Positions 1 to 7,418 of a stretch of 24,000 nt of DNA are shown piece after piece (the first letter of the stretch is position 1; every line of letters starts with the position of its first letter). The stretch covers positions 20,143 through 44,142 of the forward strand of contig NZ_JBBMEU010000010.1 in assembly GCF_040096415.1 (NCBI RefSeq). The letters are read 5' to 3'. The translations under genes and the position numbers were made by a program. The notes below the pieces were generated by a model. That model made no database searches and was not told the DNA's origin. It saw only the letters and a program-made list of their open reading frames with translations. Origin of the DNA: Megasphaera intestinihominis (GTDB lineage Bacteria > Bacillota > Negativicutes > Veillonellales > Megasphaeraceae).

Positions 1-540
1 ATAAATGTTACAATGTGATACAACGTGACCAAATCTGGCACAAAATCAATAAATGTCAAGCGAAAAAGCGCTTATTTAAGCCGTTTTGAACAATTTTGTA
101 CCATTCTGGACATTACTTACGATAATTTAACGTTATCGGAAGTAATCGAGGGGCTACTTCTACCCCATGCTCAAAATGACTGCAAAATCGCTGTATCGAG
201 TTCTTCACAGTCATTGATTGAATTCATTTATTTTATCTTGGCTATTTGTGATTCTCCCTGCTGATATGCTATTATTTTTTTGATGAAAAGTTTTTCTGTG
301 TTTTATAATATATATCTGTATCTGTTTGCAGAGATATATATATTGTTAGGCTTATGCAGGCTGGTTGGAATCGGATATAGGATCCGTGGTATTTTTGGGT
401 ACACTAAGCGGAGTCGACGCCTGGATTGTGCGAATCGCTATATAGTCCGCGATATTGTCGTATTATCGCATGATTTAGTATCAGGCTGATGTGTTATATT
501 ATCTATGGATATGGGCCTTTTTTCTATACAGTAGTGTTTT

Positions 541-563
541 AATAGTTGAGCTAATCAACTATT
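541..563. promoter_or_regulatory. Perfect palindrome AATAGTTGA-N5-TCAACTATT, candidate operator upstream of the MFS gene
   Basis: Arms 541-549 and 555-563 are exact reverse complements. A third half-site, AATAGTTCA, lies at 589-597 just upstream of the -35 box. No regulator gene is visible in the window. Confidence 0.4.
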
Positions 564-609
564 TGCAAAATCAGCCTTTTCTCGTAAAAATAGTTCAAAA
601 AATTATTTC

Positions 610-638
610 TTGCGAATGATTTTCTCTGGCAGTATAAT
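610..638 (+). promoter_or_regulatory. Sigma-70-type promoter for the MFS gene (TTGCGA-17 nt-TATAAT)
   Basis: TTGCGA at 610-615, 17-nt spacer, TATAAT at 633-638, about 43 nt upstream of the ATG at 681. Confidence 0.5.
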
Positions 639-680
639 TACATTTATCTATCAATTTATTTTTACGGAGGGTTATTCGCG

Positions 681-2039
681 ATGCAGCGATTTTTATCTTA
701 TGAAAATACGATTTTAGCCGTCGTCATGATGGTATCTTTCATCAATCCTTTTACCAGCAGCGCCCTGACGACAGCCCTGCCTAGCATCGGTACGGCTTAT
801 GGTGCGACTGATGCTCAGCTCAGTTGGGTCATTGAGTTGTTCTTGATTTCTTCGACCGTGACCATCATGCCAATCAGCAAGATTGCCGACCGGATTGGCA
901 AGCGTCATATCTTTTTATTCGGCGTCTCCTTGTTCTGTGTCTCTTCGCTGGCCGTTTATTTTGTGAACTCCTTGTACGGTCTGTTCTTGCTGCGCATCCT
1001 GCAGGGGCTGGGCAGTGCCAGTATTTTCGCGACCAGCATGGCCATCGTATCCCTGGTCACGCCGCCACAGCGCCGCGGCCGGGCCATGGGCTTTACGATT
1101 GCCGCCGTATATTGCGGCCTGTCCTTTGGGCCTGTCCTGGGCGGCTTCTTTTCTTATTACTTAGGCTGGAAGACGATTTTTTATTTCATCGCCTTCATCT
1201 GTGCCCTGGCCTGGCTGATTGCAGCCCGCAGCATGACGAAGGAAGAATGGATCGTCAACGCGAAAGGCAGTCTCGATTTGCCTGGCAGTCTGTTGTATGC
1301 CCTGGCCATGATTGCCATTATGGTTGGCTTATCGGAAGTAATGACTCTGGCATACGCCAAATACCTCTTAGCTGCCGGTCTCCTCTTGTTCCTAGCTTTC
1401 TTATACGGTGAATGGCACCGGAAAAGCCCGGTCCTGCCAGTCCGTATTTTTGCAGGCAACCGCGTCTTCTCTTGTTCCAGTCTGGCGGCCATGCTCAATT
1501 ACTGCGCGACCTTCGGCATCAGTTTCCTCTTGTCCATTTACTTGCAGCGCATTACCGGCCTCAATGCCCGCGATACGGGGCTGGTTTTACTGATTCAGCC
1601 CGTACTGATGGCCCTCTTGTCCCCTGTCACCGGGGCCCTGTCGGACCGTATCAATCCAGCCGTCCTGGCTTCTTCCGGCATGATTTTGATTACCTTTGGC
1701 CTCTGTCTCTTAGCGGTGGATGTCTCTTACCCTTTTTTCTGGCTCATCGCCCTGGCCCTAGTCATCATCGGCATCGGCTTTGCCCTGTTCACGGCACCGA
1801 ATAACAATGCTATCATGGGGGCTGTGACGCCAAAATATTACGGCGCTGCCTCGTCTGTCGTCAGTACGGTCCGCCTCATCGGTCAGGTCCTCAGTGTGGC
1901 TATCATCACCCTGATTCTGTCGCAAAGCGGGGCCTCGGCTGCCTCGGATTGGCTGGCCCAGCACATCCAGCAGGCCTTCATCGTCTTTACGATTCTCTGT
2001 GCCATCGGCATCGTCCCTTCAGCTGCACGGAGTAAGTAG
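681..2039 (+). CDS. MFS transporter, drug/H+ antiporter-like
   Basis: 452-aa ORF with GGAGGG 9 nt upstream of the ATG. Hydrophobic multi-span protein. The loop ISKIADRIGKRHIFLFG resembles MFS motif A (G-x-x-x-D-R-x-G-R-K). Confidence 0.9.
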   Translation: MQRFLSYENTILAVVMMVSFINPFTSSALTTALPSIGTAYGATDAQLSWVIELFLISSTVTIMPISKIADRIGKRHIFLFGVSLFCVSSLAVYFVNSLYGLFLLRILQGLGSASIFATSMAIVSLVTPPQRRGRAMGFTIAAVYCGLSFGPVLGGFFSYYLGWKTIFYFIAFICALAWLIAARSMTKEEWIVNAKGSLDLPGSLLYALAMIAIMVGLSEVMTLAYAKYLLAAGLLLFLAFLYGEWHRKSPVLPVRIFAGNRVFSCSSLAAMLNYCATFGISFLLSIYLQRITGLNARDTGLVLLIQPVLMALLSPVTGALSDRINPAVLASSGMILITFGLCLLAVDVSYPFFWLIALALVIIGIGFALFTAPNNNAIMGAVTPKYYGAASSVVSTVRLIGQVLSVAIITLILSQSGASAASDWLAQHIQQAFIVFTILCAIGIVPSAARSK

Positions 2040-2068
2040 TGATTAGTAATTCGTGGTTCGTGGTTCGC
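2037..2068 (+). repeat. 7-nt-period array TAGTGAT TAGTAAT TCGTGGT TCGTGGT TCGC, starting at the MFS stop codon
   Basis: Read directly. The first unit contains the gene's TAG stop. Further TGA, TAG and TAA fall in the other frames. Confidence 0.65.
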
Positions 2069-2104
2069 AAAAAAGCGACTGTCCTATAAAGACAGCCGCT
2101 TTTT
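2069..2104. terminator. Bidirectional intrinsic terminator between the convergent MFS and secreted-protein genes
   Basis: A6 run, stem GCGACTGTC / GACAGCCGC (one mismatch), 7-nt loop, T5 run. Confidence 0.8.
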
Positions 2105-2119
2105 GAGTATTAAGTTTTG

Positions 2120-2140
2120 TAGTTTTTAGTGAATGATTAA
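2120..2140 (+). repeat. Stop-bearing heptads TAGTTTT TAGTGAA TGATTAA
   Basis: Three consecutive 7-nt units, each starting with a stop codon, just 3' of the terminator. Confidence 0.5.
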
Positions 2141-2160
2141 ATGTAAAGCCATCGTCTGCA

Positions 2161-2188
2161 AACTACGAACTTCGAACTATAAACTATG
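2161..2188 (-). repeat. 7-nt-period array AACTACG AACTTCG AACTATA AACTATG (minus strand: CATAGTT TATAGTT CGAAGTT CGTAGTT)
   Basis: Four units read directly. Positions 2158-2176 are an imperfect inverted copy of 2050-2068: 15 Watson-Crick pairs, 2 G-T pairs and 2 mismatches over 19 positions. Confidence 0.6.
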
Positions 2189-2192
2189 TTTT

Positions 2193-2726
2193 TTATTTTA
2201 CAAAATAATGAGCCGAGTCGTCGACGAGGCTGTTTTCCAGGAGGGCTTTGAATTCCGGTGCGCTCATCCCCGTTGCCTGGGCGGAGAACTGATAGTCCCC
2301 GACTTTCCAATGAGCCGCATAGGACGTGTCACTGATTTTTGCTATGCTGACGGTGACGCCGTCGATGACCTGGTCTTTCCAGGTTACGCTATAGATGCCA
2401 GAAATGTCTTTTATGGATTTATCGGCTTTCTGCGGCATCGTGCGGACGCGGACCGTCGTTTCCGGCTGTCCTAAGCGCTGGAAGCCGATATCTGCCGTGT
2501 TTTTGCCGATCAAAGAAAGATAGTAGCAGCTGAATCCGGCATCGCGGGTCAAATATAAGGGCGTAAAGCCGGCATCTTTGACGACACTTTCATAAGTATC
2601 ATAAGTTACGATGGGATTGGGCAGCCCCATGGCCTGGACCTTCGGCGTGCTGGCAGCCAGGGAAACGCTGCCGATCATCAAGGCCGCACAGGCTAATACA
2701 GCGGTTCTTTTTACAGTATATTTCAT
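2193..2726 (-). CDS. Secreted protein of unknown function
   Basis: 177 aa. GAGGTG lies 6 nt before the ATG. N-terminal signal peptide MKYTVKRTAVLACAALMIGSVSLAAS. I recognise no family motif. Confidence 0.75.
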   Translation of the reverse strand: MKYTVKRTAVLACAALMIGSVSLAASTPKVQAMGLPNPIVTYDTYESVVKDAGFTPLYLTRDAGFSCYYLSLIGKNTADIGFQRLGQPETTVRVRTMPQKADKSIKDISGIYSVTWKDQVIDGVTVSIAKISDTSYAAHWKVGDYQFSAQATGMSAPEFKALLENSLVDDSAHYFVK

Positions 2727-2778
2727 TTTCTACACCTCGTTCACCATAAAAAAAAAATTAAACGTTTAAGTAACTATG

Positions 2779-2807
2779 AGTATACCCAAACGTTTAATTT
2801 CTGTCAA
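2779..2807 (-). promoter_or_regulatory. Promoter TTGACA-17 nt-TATACT for the secreted-protein gene, overlapped by AAACGTTT palindromes
   Basis: Minus strand reads TTGACA (2802-2807), 17-nt spacer, TATACT (2779-2784). AAACGTTTAA at 2788-2797 sits in the spacer. TTAAACGTTTAA at 2758-2769 sits just downstream of the expected start site. Confidence 0.6.
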
Positions 2808-2815
2808 ACTAAAAA

Positions 2816-3157
2816 CTATTCCCACGTTTTCCAGACTTCTGGCACGTAGCCGACGGTCGCCTTGGCGCCATTGCGGACGATGGGCGTCTTTAAGACTTGC
2901 TGGTTCGCCAGCACATTGGCATCTCTTTCGTCATCGACGGCATATTGGATGCGGGCCAGCGTATCCTGATCCTTGCATTTCGGATTGAGCATGGCATTGA
3001 GGCCGCCGACGGCCTGCTTGACCTTGGTGTATTCGCCTTTACTCAGGCCTTTTTCTTTCAAGTCGATGAACTGGGCCTTGATGTTCCGTTCTTTGAAATA
3101 GCGGATGGCTTTCTTGGTATCAAAGCACTTTTTCGTGCCGAAAATCTGGATATTCAT
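2816..3157 (-). CDS. ArsC/Spx/YffB-family thioredoxin-fold protein
   Basis: The track ORF 2816-3346 is over-extended. GGAGG lies 6 nt before the internal ATG at 3157, giving 113 aa (MNIQIFGTKKCFDTKKAIRYFKERNI...). Size and the single N-terminal Cys fit the ArsC family. It starts 10 nt after the radical-SAM stop, so the two form an operon. Confidence 0.75.
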   Translation of the reverse strand: MNIQIFGTKKCFDTKKAIRYFKERNIKAQFIDLKEKGLSKGEYTKVKQAVGGLNAMLNPKCKDQDTLARIQYAVDDERDANVLANQQVLKTPIVRNGAKATVGYVPEVWKTWE

Positions 3158-3167
3158 GGGATTCCTC

Positions 3168-4589
3168 CTAATGAGTAGCGGACTGAGGGCTGTGGACCTT
3201 CTTTTCCGCGGCTTCTTTTTCTTTATTAGCTTCGATTTCAGCCCACAACTTGTCGGCTGTCGGTTTCCACTGTACGGCATAAGCCTTGCATTTATTACAT
3301 AAGTGTTCTGCCGATTCCGGCGACTGCAGGTCCGTCGATTTGGCACCGCTGCGTTTGACCATGGCGGCTAAATACTGCGGATTTTCAAGCATCGGACACG
3401 GGCGCAGATGGTTGTGGTTGAAGGGCTGGCCTTTGGCATATTCTTTGAAGAGCGGCTGCTGCAAGCATGAGAGCAGGCTCTGATTGTTGATATTAGCGCT
3501 GGAATAATGGATGAAGACGCACGGTTCGACGTCGCCATTGGGGTTGATATGGCAGTAATTGCGGCCGCCAGCGACACAGCCGTCGATGAACTGGCCATCG
3601 TTCTGGAAATCGATGGCGAAAATCGGCTTGCCACCCTTTACGCTGCGGATTTCGCGGACCCGGCGTACCATATAGGCCCGCTGTTCTTCTGTCGGCAGCA
3701 GGTCCAGCGAGGCGTCGTTGCCGACGGGCATATAATGGAAGTACCACGTAAACCAGACGCCCTTCTTGATGAGCAGGTCCAGGAATTCGTCAGACGTGAC
3801 GGTGTCGATGTTTTTCCGGGTATAACAGATGGACGTCCCAAAAACGATGCCGTGCTTGCGCAGGAGGTCCATGGCGTGCATGACCTTGTCGAAATCGCCT
3901 TCGCCGCGGCGGCTGTCATTGACTTCACGGAATCCTTCGATACTGAGGGAGAAGCTGAGATTGCCTACGTCCGTGACTTCGTCGCAAAAAGCATCATCAA
4001 TGAGCGTACCGTTGGTAAAAGCGTGGAATTCACAGTCCGGGTGTTTCCGGCACAGACGCAGGATATCTTTCTTGCGCATGAGCGGTTCGCCGCCCGTGAG
4101 TAGGTAGAAATGACAGCCTAGAGCCTTGCCTTCGCGGACGATTTTATCCATGACGTCGAACGACAAGTTCAGCGTATGACCGTATTCAGCAGCCCAGCAG
4201 CCGATGCAATGCAGGTTGCAGGCGCTGGTCGGGTCGAAGAGGATGGCCCAGGGAATATTGCAGTGATATTTCGCCTTGGCGGCGTCGCGCGTACGCAGGC
4301 CGTAAAATCCAGCTTCAAAGCCCAGGTCCATGACGGCCGTCTTGACGACATGCGGGTTCAAGGTGTCCAGAGCCGTATTGAGGAAGCGGAACCATTTGCC
4401 CCCTTCATCGATGAGTCTGCGTGCATCGTCAAAGGATTCCTTTTCAAAGAGGTCGCCAAACAGATGCTGCATGACATAAGATAAGCATTTCAATGTTTTT
4501 TGACGGTCTGCCGGATTCCGTTCGGCCATGATGCGGTCGACCAGGATTTCGACAGCCTTCTTTTCGATACGATGGGTTAACTTGCTCAT
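3168..4589 (-). CDS. Radical SAM enzyme with a Cys-rich C-terminal (SPASM/twitch-like) region, function unknown
   Basis: CNLHCIGCW (CxxxCxxC) follows an N-terminal extension of about 110 aa. Later cysteines: CVAGGRNYCHINPNGDVEPC and RPCP. I use the second ATG (4589) because GGAG directly abuts the first ATG (4598). Confidence 0.85.
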   Translation of the reverse strand: MSKLTHRIEKKAVEILVDRIMAERNPADRQKTLKCLSYVMQHLFGDLFEKESFDDARRLIDEGGKWFRFLNTALDTLNPHVVKTAVMDLGFEAGFYGLRTRDAAKAKYHCNIPWAILFDPTSACNLHCIGCWAAEYGHTLNLSFDVMDKIVREGKALGCHFYLLTGGEPLMRKKDILRLCRKHPDCEFHAFTNGTLIDDAFCDEVTDVGNLSFSLSIEGFREVNDSRRGEGDFDKVMHAMDLLRKHGIVFGTSICYTRKNIDTVTSDEFLDLLIKKGVWFTWYFHYMPVGNDASLDLLPTEEQRAYMVRRVREIRSVKGGKPIFAIDFQNDGQFIDGCVAGGRNYCHINPNGDVEPCVFIHYSSANINNQSLLSCLQQPLFKEYAKGQPFNHNHLRPCPMLENPQYLAAMVKRSGAKSTDLQSPESAEHLCNKCKAYAVQWKPTADKLWAEIEANKEKEAAEKKVHSPQSATH

Positions 4590-4654
4590 ACCAATCATCT
4601 CCTACAAAATTAAACAATTGAAACGGCGCTGTTTCTATTTCTTTGTATAGTTCT

Positions 4655-4682
4655 ATTATACGCTTATTTTAGCAAAAGTCAA
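4655..4682 (-). promoter_or_regulatory. Promoter TTGACT-16 nt-TATAAT for the radical-SAM operon
   Basis: Minus strand reads TTGACTTTTTGACT...GCGTATAAT. The proximal TTGACT (4677-4682) lies 16 nt from TATAAT (4655-4660). Confidence 0.55.
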
Positions 4683-4785
4683 AAAGTCAATATGAATTGG
4701 AAAACAAAAGACTTTTACTTTTTTAATGATATACTTTATAATATACTTGTATAATATTTATTTACACCATAAAGGGGAATTTTTT

Positions 4786-5982
4786 ATGGCTAAGAAAGAA
4801 AATAAGTTCAAGGGGTATGACATTTCGACACAGGCTGTACACACTGGTGCCGGCTATGACGCAGAAACGGGCGCTGTCCGCCGGCCATTGCACATGGCCA
4901 ACAGCTACAAGCTGCCCGATGATCTGTCGAAGGTCAACTATTCATCGACGGATTTGCTGATGTATGCCCGTAACGGCAACCCGAATCAACATTGGCTGGA
5001 AGAAAAAGTAGCGGCCCTTCATGGTGCCGATGACGCCATCGTCCTGGGAAGCGGCGTCGCCGCCCTTCACGCCCTGTTCTGGACCCTGCTCAAGACGGGC
5101 GACCGCGTCGTCTATCCGAAAGTCAGTTATATGGCAGTCTATCGCCTGTTCCACGAATTATTCAACCAGAAATTCGGCGTCGAAACGGTCATGGTCGATA
5201 TGACTGACCTGGAAGCCGTCAAGAAAGCGATTACGCCGGGGACGCGCCTAGTCCATATTGAAACGCCGGACAACCCGACTGATGGCATTTCAGATATCGA
5301 AGCCATCGCTAAAATCGCTCATGAAAACGAGGCTGTCTTGTCCGTCGACAATACCTTTGCGTCGCCTCTCAACCAGCGACCACTGGACCTGGGAGCCGAT
5401 TTCGTCGTCGAATCGCTGACGAAATATATCAACGGCCATGGCGATGCCCAGGGCGGGGCCATCATTTCCAATGATTTGGCAGCGATGGACCGGATCCGCT
5501 ATGAAGCCCAGGTCAACGTCGGCTCTGTCATCAGCCCCTTCAATACCTGGCAGATTTTCCGCGGTGCCGTGACCTTCCCCTTGCGGATGGAACGCATCAA
5601 CGCATCGACGCAGAAAATCGCCGAATGGCTGGAACAGCGGCAAAACGTCACCTTCGTTTCCTATCCCGGCCTGGCCAGCCATCCCGGTCATGAATTGGCC
5701 AAGAAACAGATGAAGCACGGCTTTGGCGGCGTCATTTCCTTTGGCATCGCAGCCGACGACAAGGCCGTCGAACGCTTCTGCGCAGCTTTGAAAGTCGTCA
5801 CCTTCGCCGTATCCCTCGGCCATGACGAAAGCCTGATTTTCCCGCAGCCCAGCTACGATGAACGCATCAATCTCTACCCGGAAAAATTCCGCAAGGGCTT
5901 CATCCGTTTCAGCATCGGCCTGGAAGACCCGGACGACATCATCGGTGACCTGGACCAGGCACTGAAAGCCATCGGCTTATAA
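4786..5982 (+). CDS. PLP-dependent enzyme of the Cys/Met-metabolism family (gamma-lyase / gamma-synthase / sulfhydrylase type), divergent member
   Basis: 398 aa from ATG 4786 with an AAAGGGGA RBS; the track start 4726 is upstream read-in. SLTKYINGHGD matches the PLP-lysine motif S-x-T-K-Y-x-x-G-H-x-D. The C-terminal block reads ESLIFPQPSYDE rather than the usual ESL..HPA.MTH, so substrate is uncertain. Confidence 0.85.
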   Translation: MAKKENKFKGYDISTQAVHTGAGYDAETGAVRRPLHMANSYKLPDDLSKVNYSSTDLLMYARNGNPNQHWLEEKVAALHGADDAIVLGSGVAALHALFWTLLKTGDRVVYPKVSYMAVYRLFHELFNQKFGVETVMVDMTDLEAVKKAITPGTRLVHIETPDNPTDGISDIEAIAKIAHENEAVLSVDNTFASPLNQRPLDLGADFVVESLTKYINGHGDAQGGAIISNDLAAMDRIRYEAQVNVGSVISPFNTWQIFRGAVTFPLRMERINASTQKIAEWLEQRQNVTFVSYPGLASHPGHELAKKQMKHGFGGVISFGIAADDKAVERFCAALKVVTFAVSLGHDESLIFPQPSYDERINLYPEKFRKGFIRFSIGLEDPDDIIGDLDQALKAIGL

Positions 5983-5984
5983 AG

Positions 5985-6746
5985 TCAGCGGAACCAGCGG
6001 CTGCCGTACAAGAGAATCGATTGGGGAATCCACCCCGACAGAAAACGGAGCAAGGTCGAGACGACATCCGGCGTGATGACGACTCGGCCTTTTTTCACGG
6101 CCTGGAAGGAGCGGCGGGCAATGGCTTCCTTCGTCCCGGCCAGGGGAAAATGGCGGAACAGCCGGCCTTCATCGGTCTGGCGGGCCGTCGCGATGAATCC
6201 TGTATCTTTCACCCAATACGGACAAACGGCAGATACGAGGATACCCTGCGGTGCCAGTTCCACGGCCAGTGCCCGGCTGTAGCGTAGGAGAAAGGCTTTC
6301 GTCGCCGCGTAGACAGCCAGTTCCGGAATGGGCAGGAAGGCTGCGCAGGAACAAATCTGGACCAGATGACTGCCGGCATGACAATAAGGCAGTACAGCCT
6401 GGACCAGGCTGACAGCGGCCCGGTCGTTGAGGTCGATCATGTTTTCCAGGACGCCTGCCGGAACGGCCGCCACAGGCCCCATCTTGCCAAAGCCGGCGGC
6501 GTGGATCAAATAACGGACCGTGACCTGGCAGGCCGCTAAGGCTTGCTGCAGCGTCAGCAAAGAAGCCCTGTCCGTCAGGTCCAGGGCGTAGATACGGCTT
6601 TTCGTCGTCAGTTCTCCAGCCAGGGTTTCCAACTGGGGCCGGCGCCGGGCGACGAGCCAGATTTCATCCAATCCTTCTTGGTCCAGCAATTTCGCATATT
6701 CCCGGCCCAGCCCGGACGAAGCGCCGGTGACGATGGCTATTTCCAT
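5985..6746 (-). CDS. Short-chain dehydrogenase/reductase (SDR)
   Basis: 253 aa from ATG 6746 with a GGAGGG RBS. TGASSGLG cofactor motif and YAATK (YxxxK) catalytic motif. Overlaps the upstream HD gene by 10 nt (ATGGAAATAG). Confidence 0.88.
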   Translation of the reverse strand: MEIAIVTGASSGLGREYAKLLDQEGLDEIWLVARRRPQLETLAGELTTKSRIYALDLTDRASLLTLQQALAACQVTVRYLIHAAGFGKMGPVAAVPAGVLENMIDLNDRAAVSLVQAVLPYCHAGSHLVQICSCAAFLPIPELAVYAATKAFLLRYSRALAVELAPQGILVSAVCPYWVKDTGFIATARQTDEGRLFRHFPLAGTKEAIARRSFQAVKKGRVVITPDVVSTLLRFLSGWIPQSILLYGSRWFR

Positions 6747-7288
6747 AAGACTCCCTCCTGACAAGAACGATAGCACTGCAAGTATTCGGCTTCGACGTCG
6801 GCAAAGGGACGCGGCCGGTAATCGGGGATACAATGGACCTGTGGCGGCTCGCCCTGAGGCTGGTCGTGCAAGAGACAGGTCAGGTCATACCAGAGGAAAT
6901 CATCGTCAATCCCTTTGAGGAGGCGTGTTTCCCCTTCCGTCAAGGGCTGGCCTAAGAATTTCTCATAAATGATAGCCAGCAATTTGGCTTCCGTCTGCCG
7001 GTATATCGGCATGAGCTGCTTCATCGGCCGGGGCACGTCGGACATATAACACTCCGTCGCATCGTGCAGTAAGGCGGCCAGGACCAGCCGGGACGGCAGC
7101 TGGCGGGCCATCACTTCGTTGGCGCATTGCAGACAATGCTGGCCGACGGAATAAAAAGTCATCACATGGCCGTTGCCCCGACAGATGAGGGACAAGGCGT
7201 GGGCAATATCTTCGATGCAGATGCTTGCCGGGTCGGGATGGGTGATATCGAAAAACTTTCCGCTATAGGTAGTGATTTGAGGAGACAT
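6737..7288 (-). CDS. HD-domain metal-dependent phosphohydrolase
   Basis: 183 aa. Contains IAHALSLICRGNGH and LLHDATE (the H...HD signature). Translationally coupled to the SDR gene. Confidence 0.75.
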   Translation of the reverse strand: MSPQITTYSGKFFDITHPDPASICIEDIAHALSLICRGNGHVMTFYSVGQHCLQCANEVMARQLPSRLVLAALLHDATECYMSDVPRPMKQLMPIYRQTEAKLLAIIYEKFLGQPLTEGETRLLKGIDDDFLWYDLTCLLHDQPQGEPPQVHCIPDYRPRPFADVEAEYLQCYRSCQEGVLWK

Positions 7289-7369
7289 GATATAAGGGGT
7301 TCTTCCTTCTCTATATTTTTGATTTTTGTTATATTATTCCGATAAGTATTGCTTATCGGAAAGTTAAGG

Positions 7370-7387
7370 TTTTATGCTATATTTACG
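7370..7387 (+). repeat. Left copy of an imperfect direct repeat TTTTATG-NN-ATATTTACG flanking the integrase
   Basis: TTTTATGCTATATTTACG here against TTTTATGGAATATTTACG at 8844-8861, 16 of 18 identical with the same internal spacing. Confidence 0.3.
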
Positions 7388-7418
7388 GCATCTTGCCGCC
7401 GCGTTTGCCGCCATGATT

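Noticed and set aside
25-489. Track ORFs 25-264 and 280-489 as possible small proteins
   Set aside because: They have a GTG or poorly supported start, no Shine-Dalgarno, AT-rich low-complexity composition unlike the surrounding genes, and no recognisable motifs.
4599-4785. S-box/SAM riboswitch, T-box leader or RiPP precursor ORF between the radical-SAM and PLP genes
   Set aside because: The spacer is short, extremely AT-rich and dominated by promoter-like boxes. It has no conserved riboswitch cores. The only ORF (MNWKTKDFYFFNDILYNILV, from 4692) lacks an RBS.
7337-7361. Hairpin TTCCGATAAG-N5-CTTATCGGAA as the integrase terminator
   Set aside because: The stem is AT-rich and 10 bp, with no U-run on the minus strand after it. 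There is not enough evidence to call a terminator.
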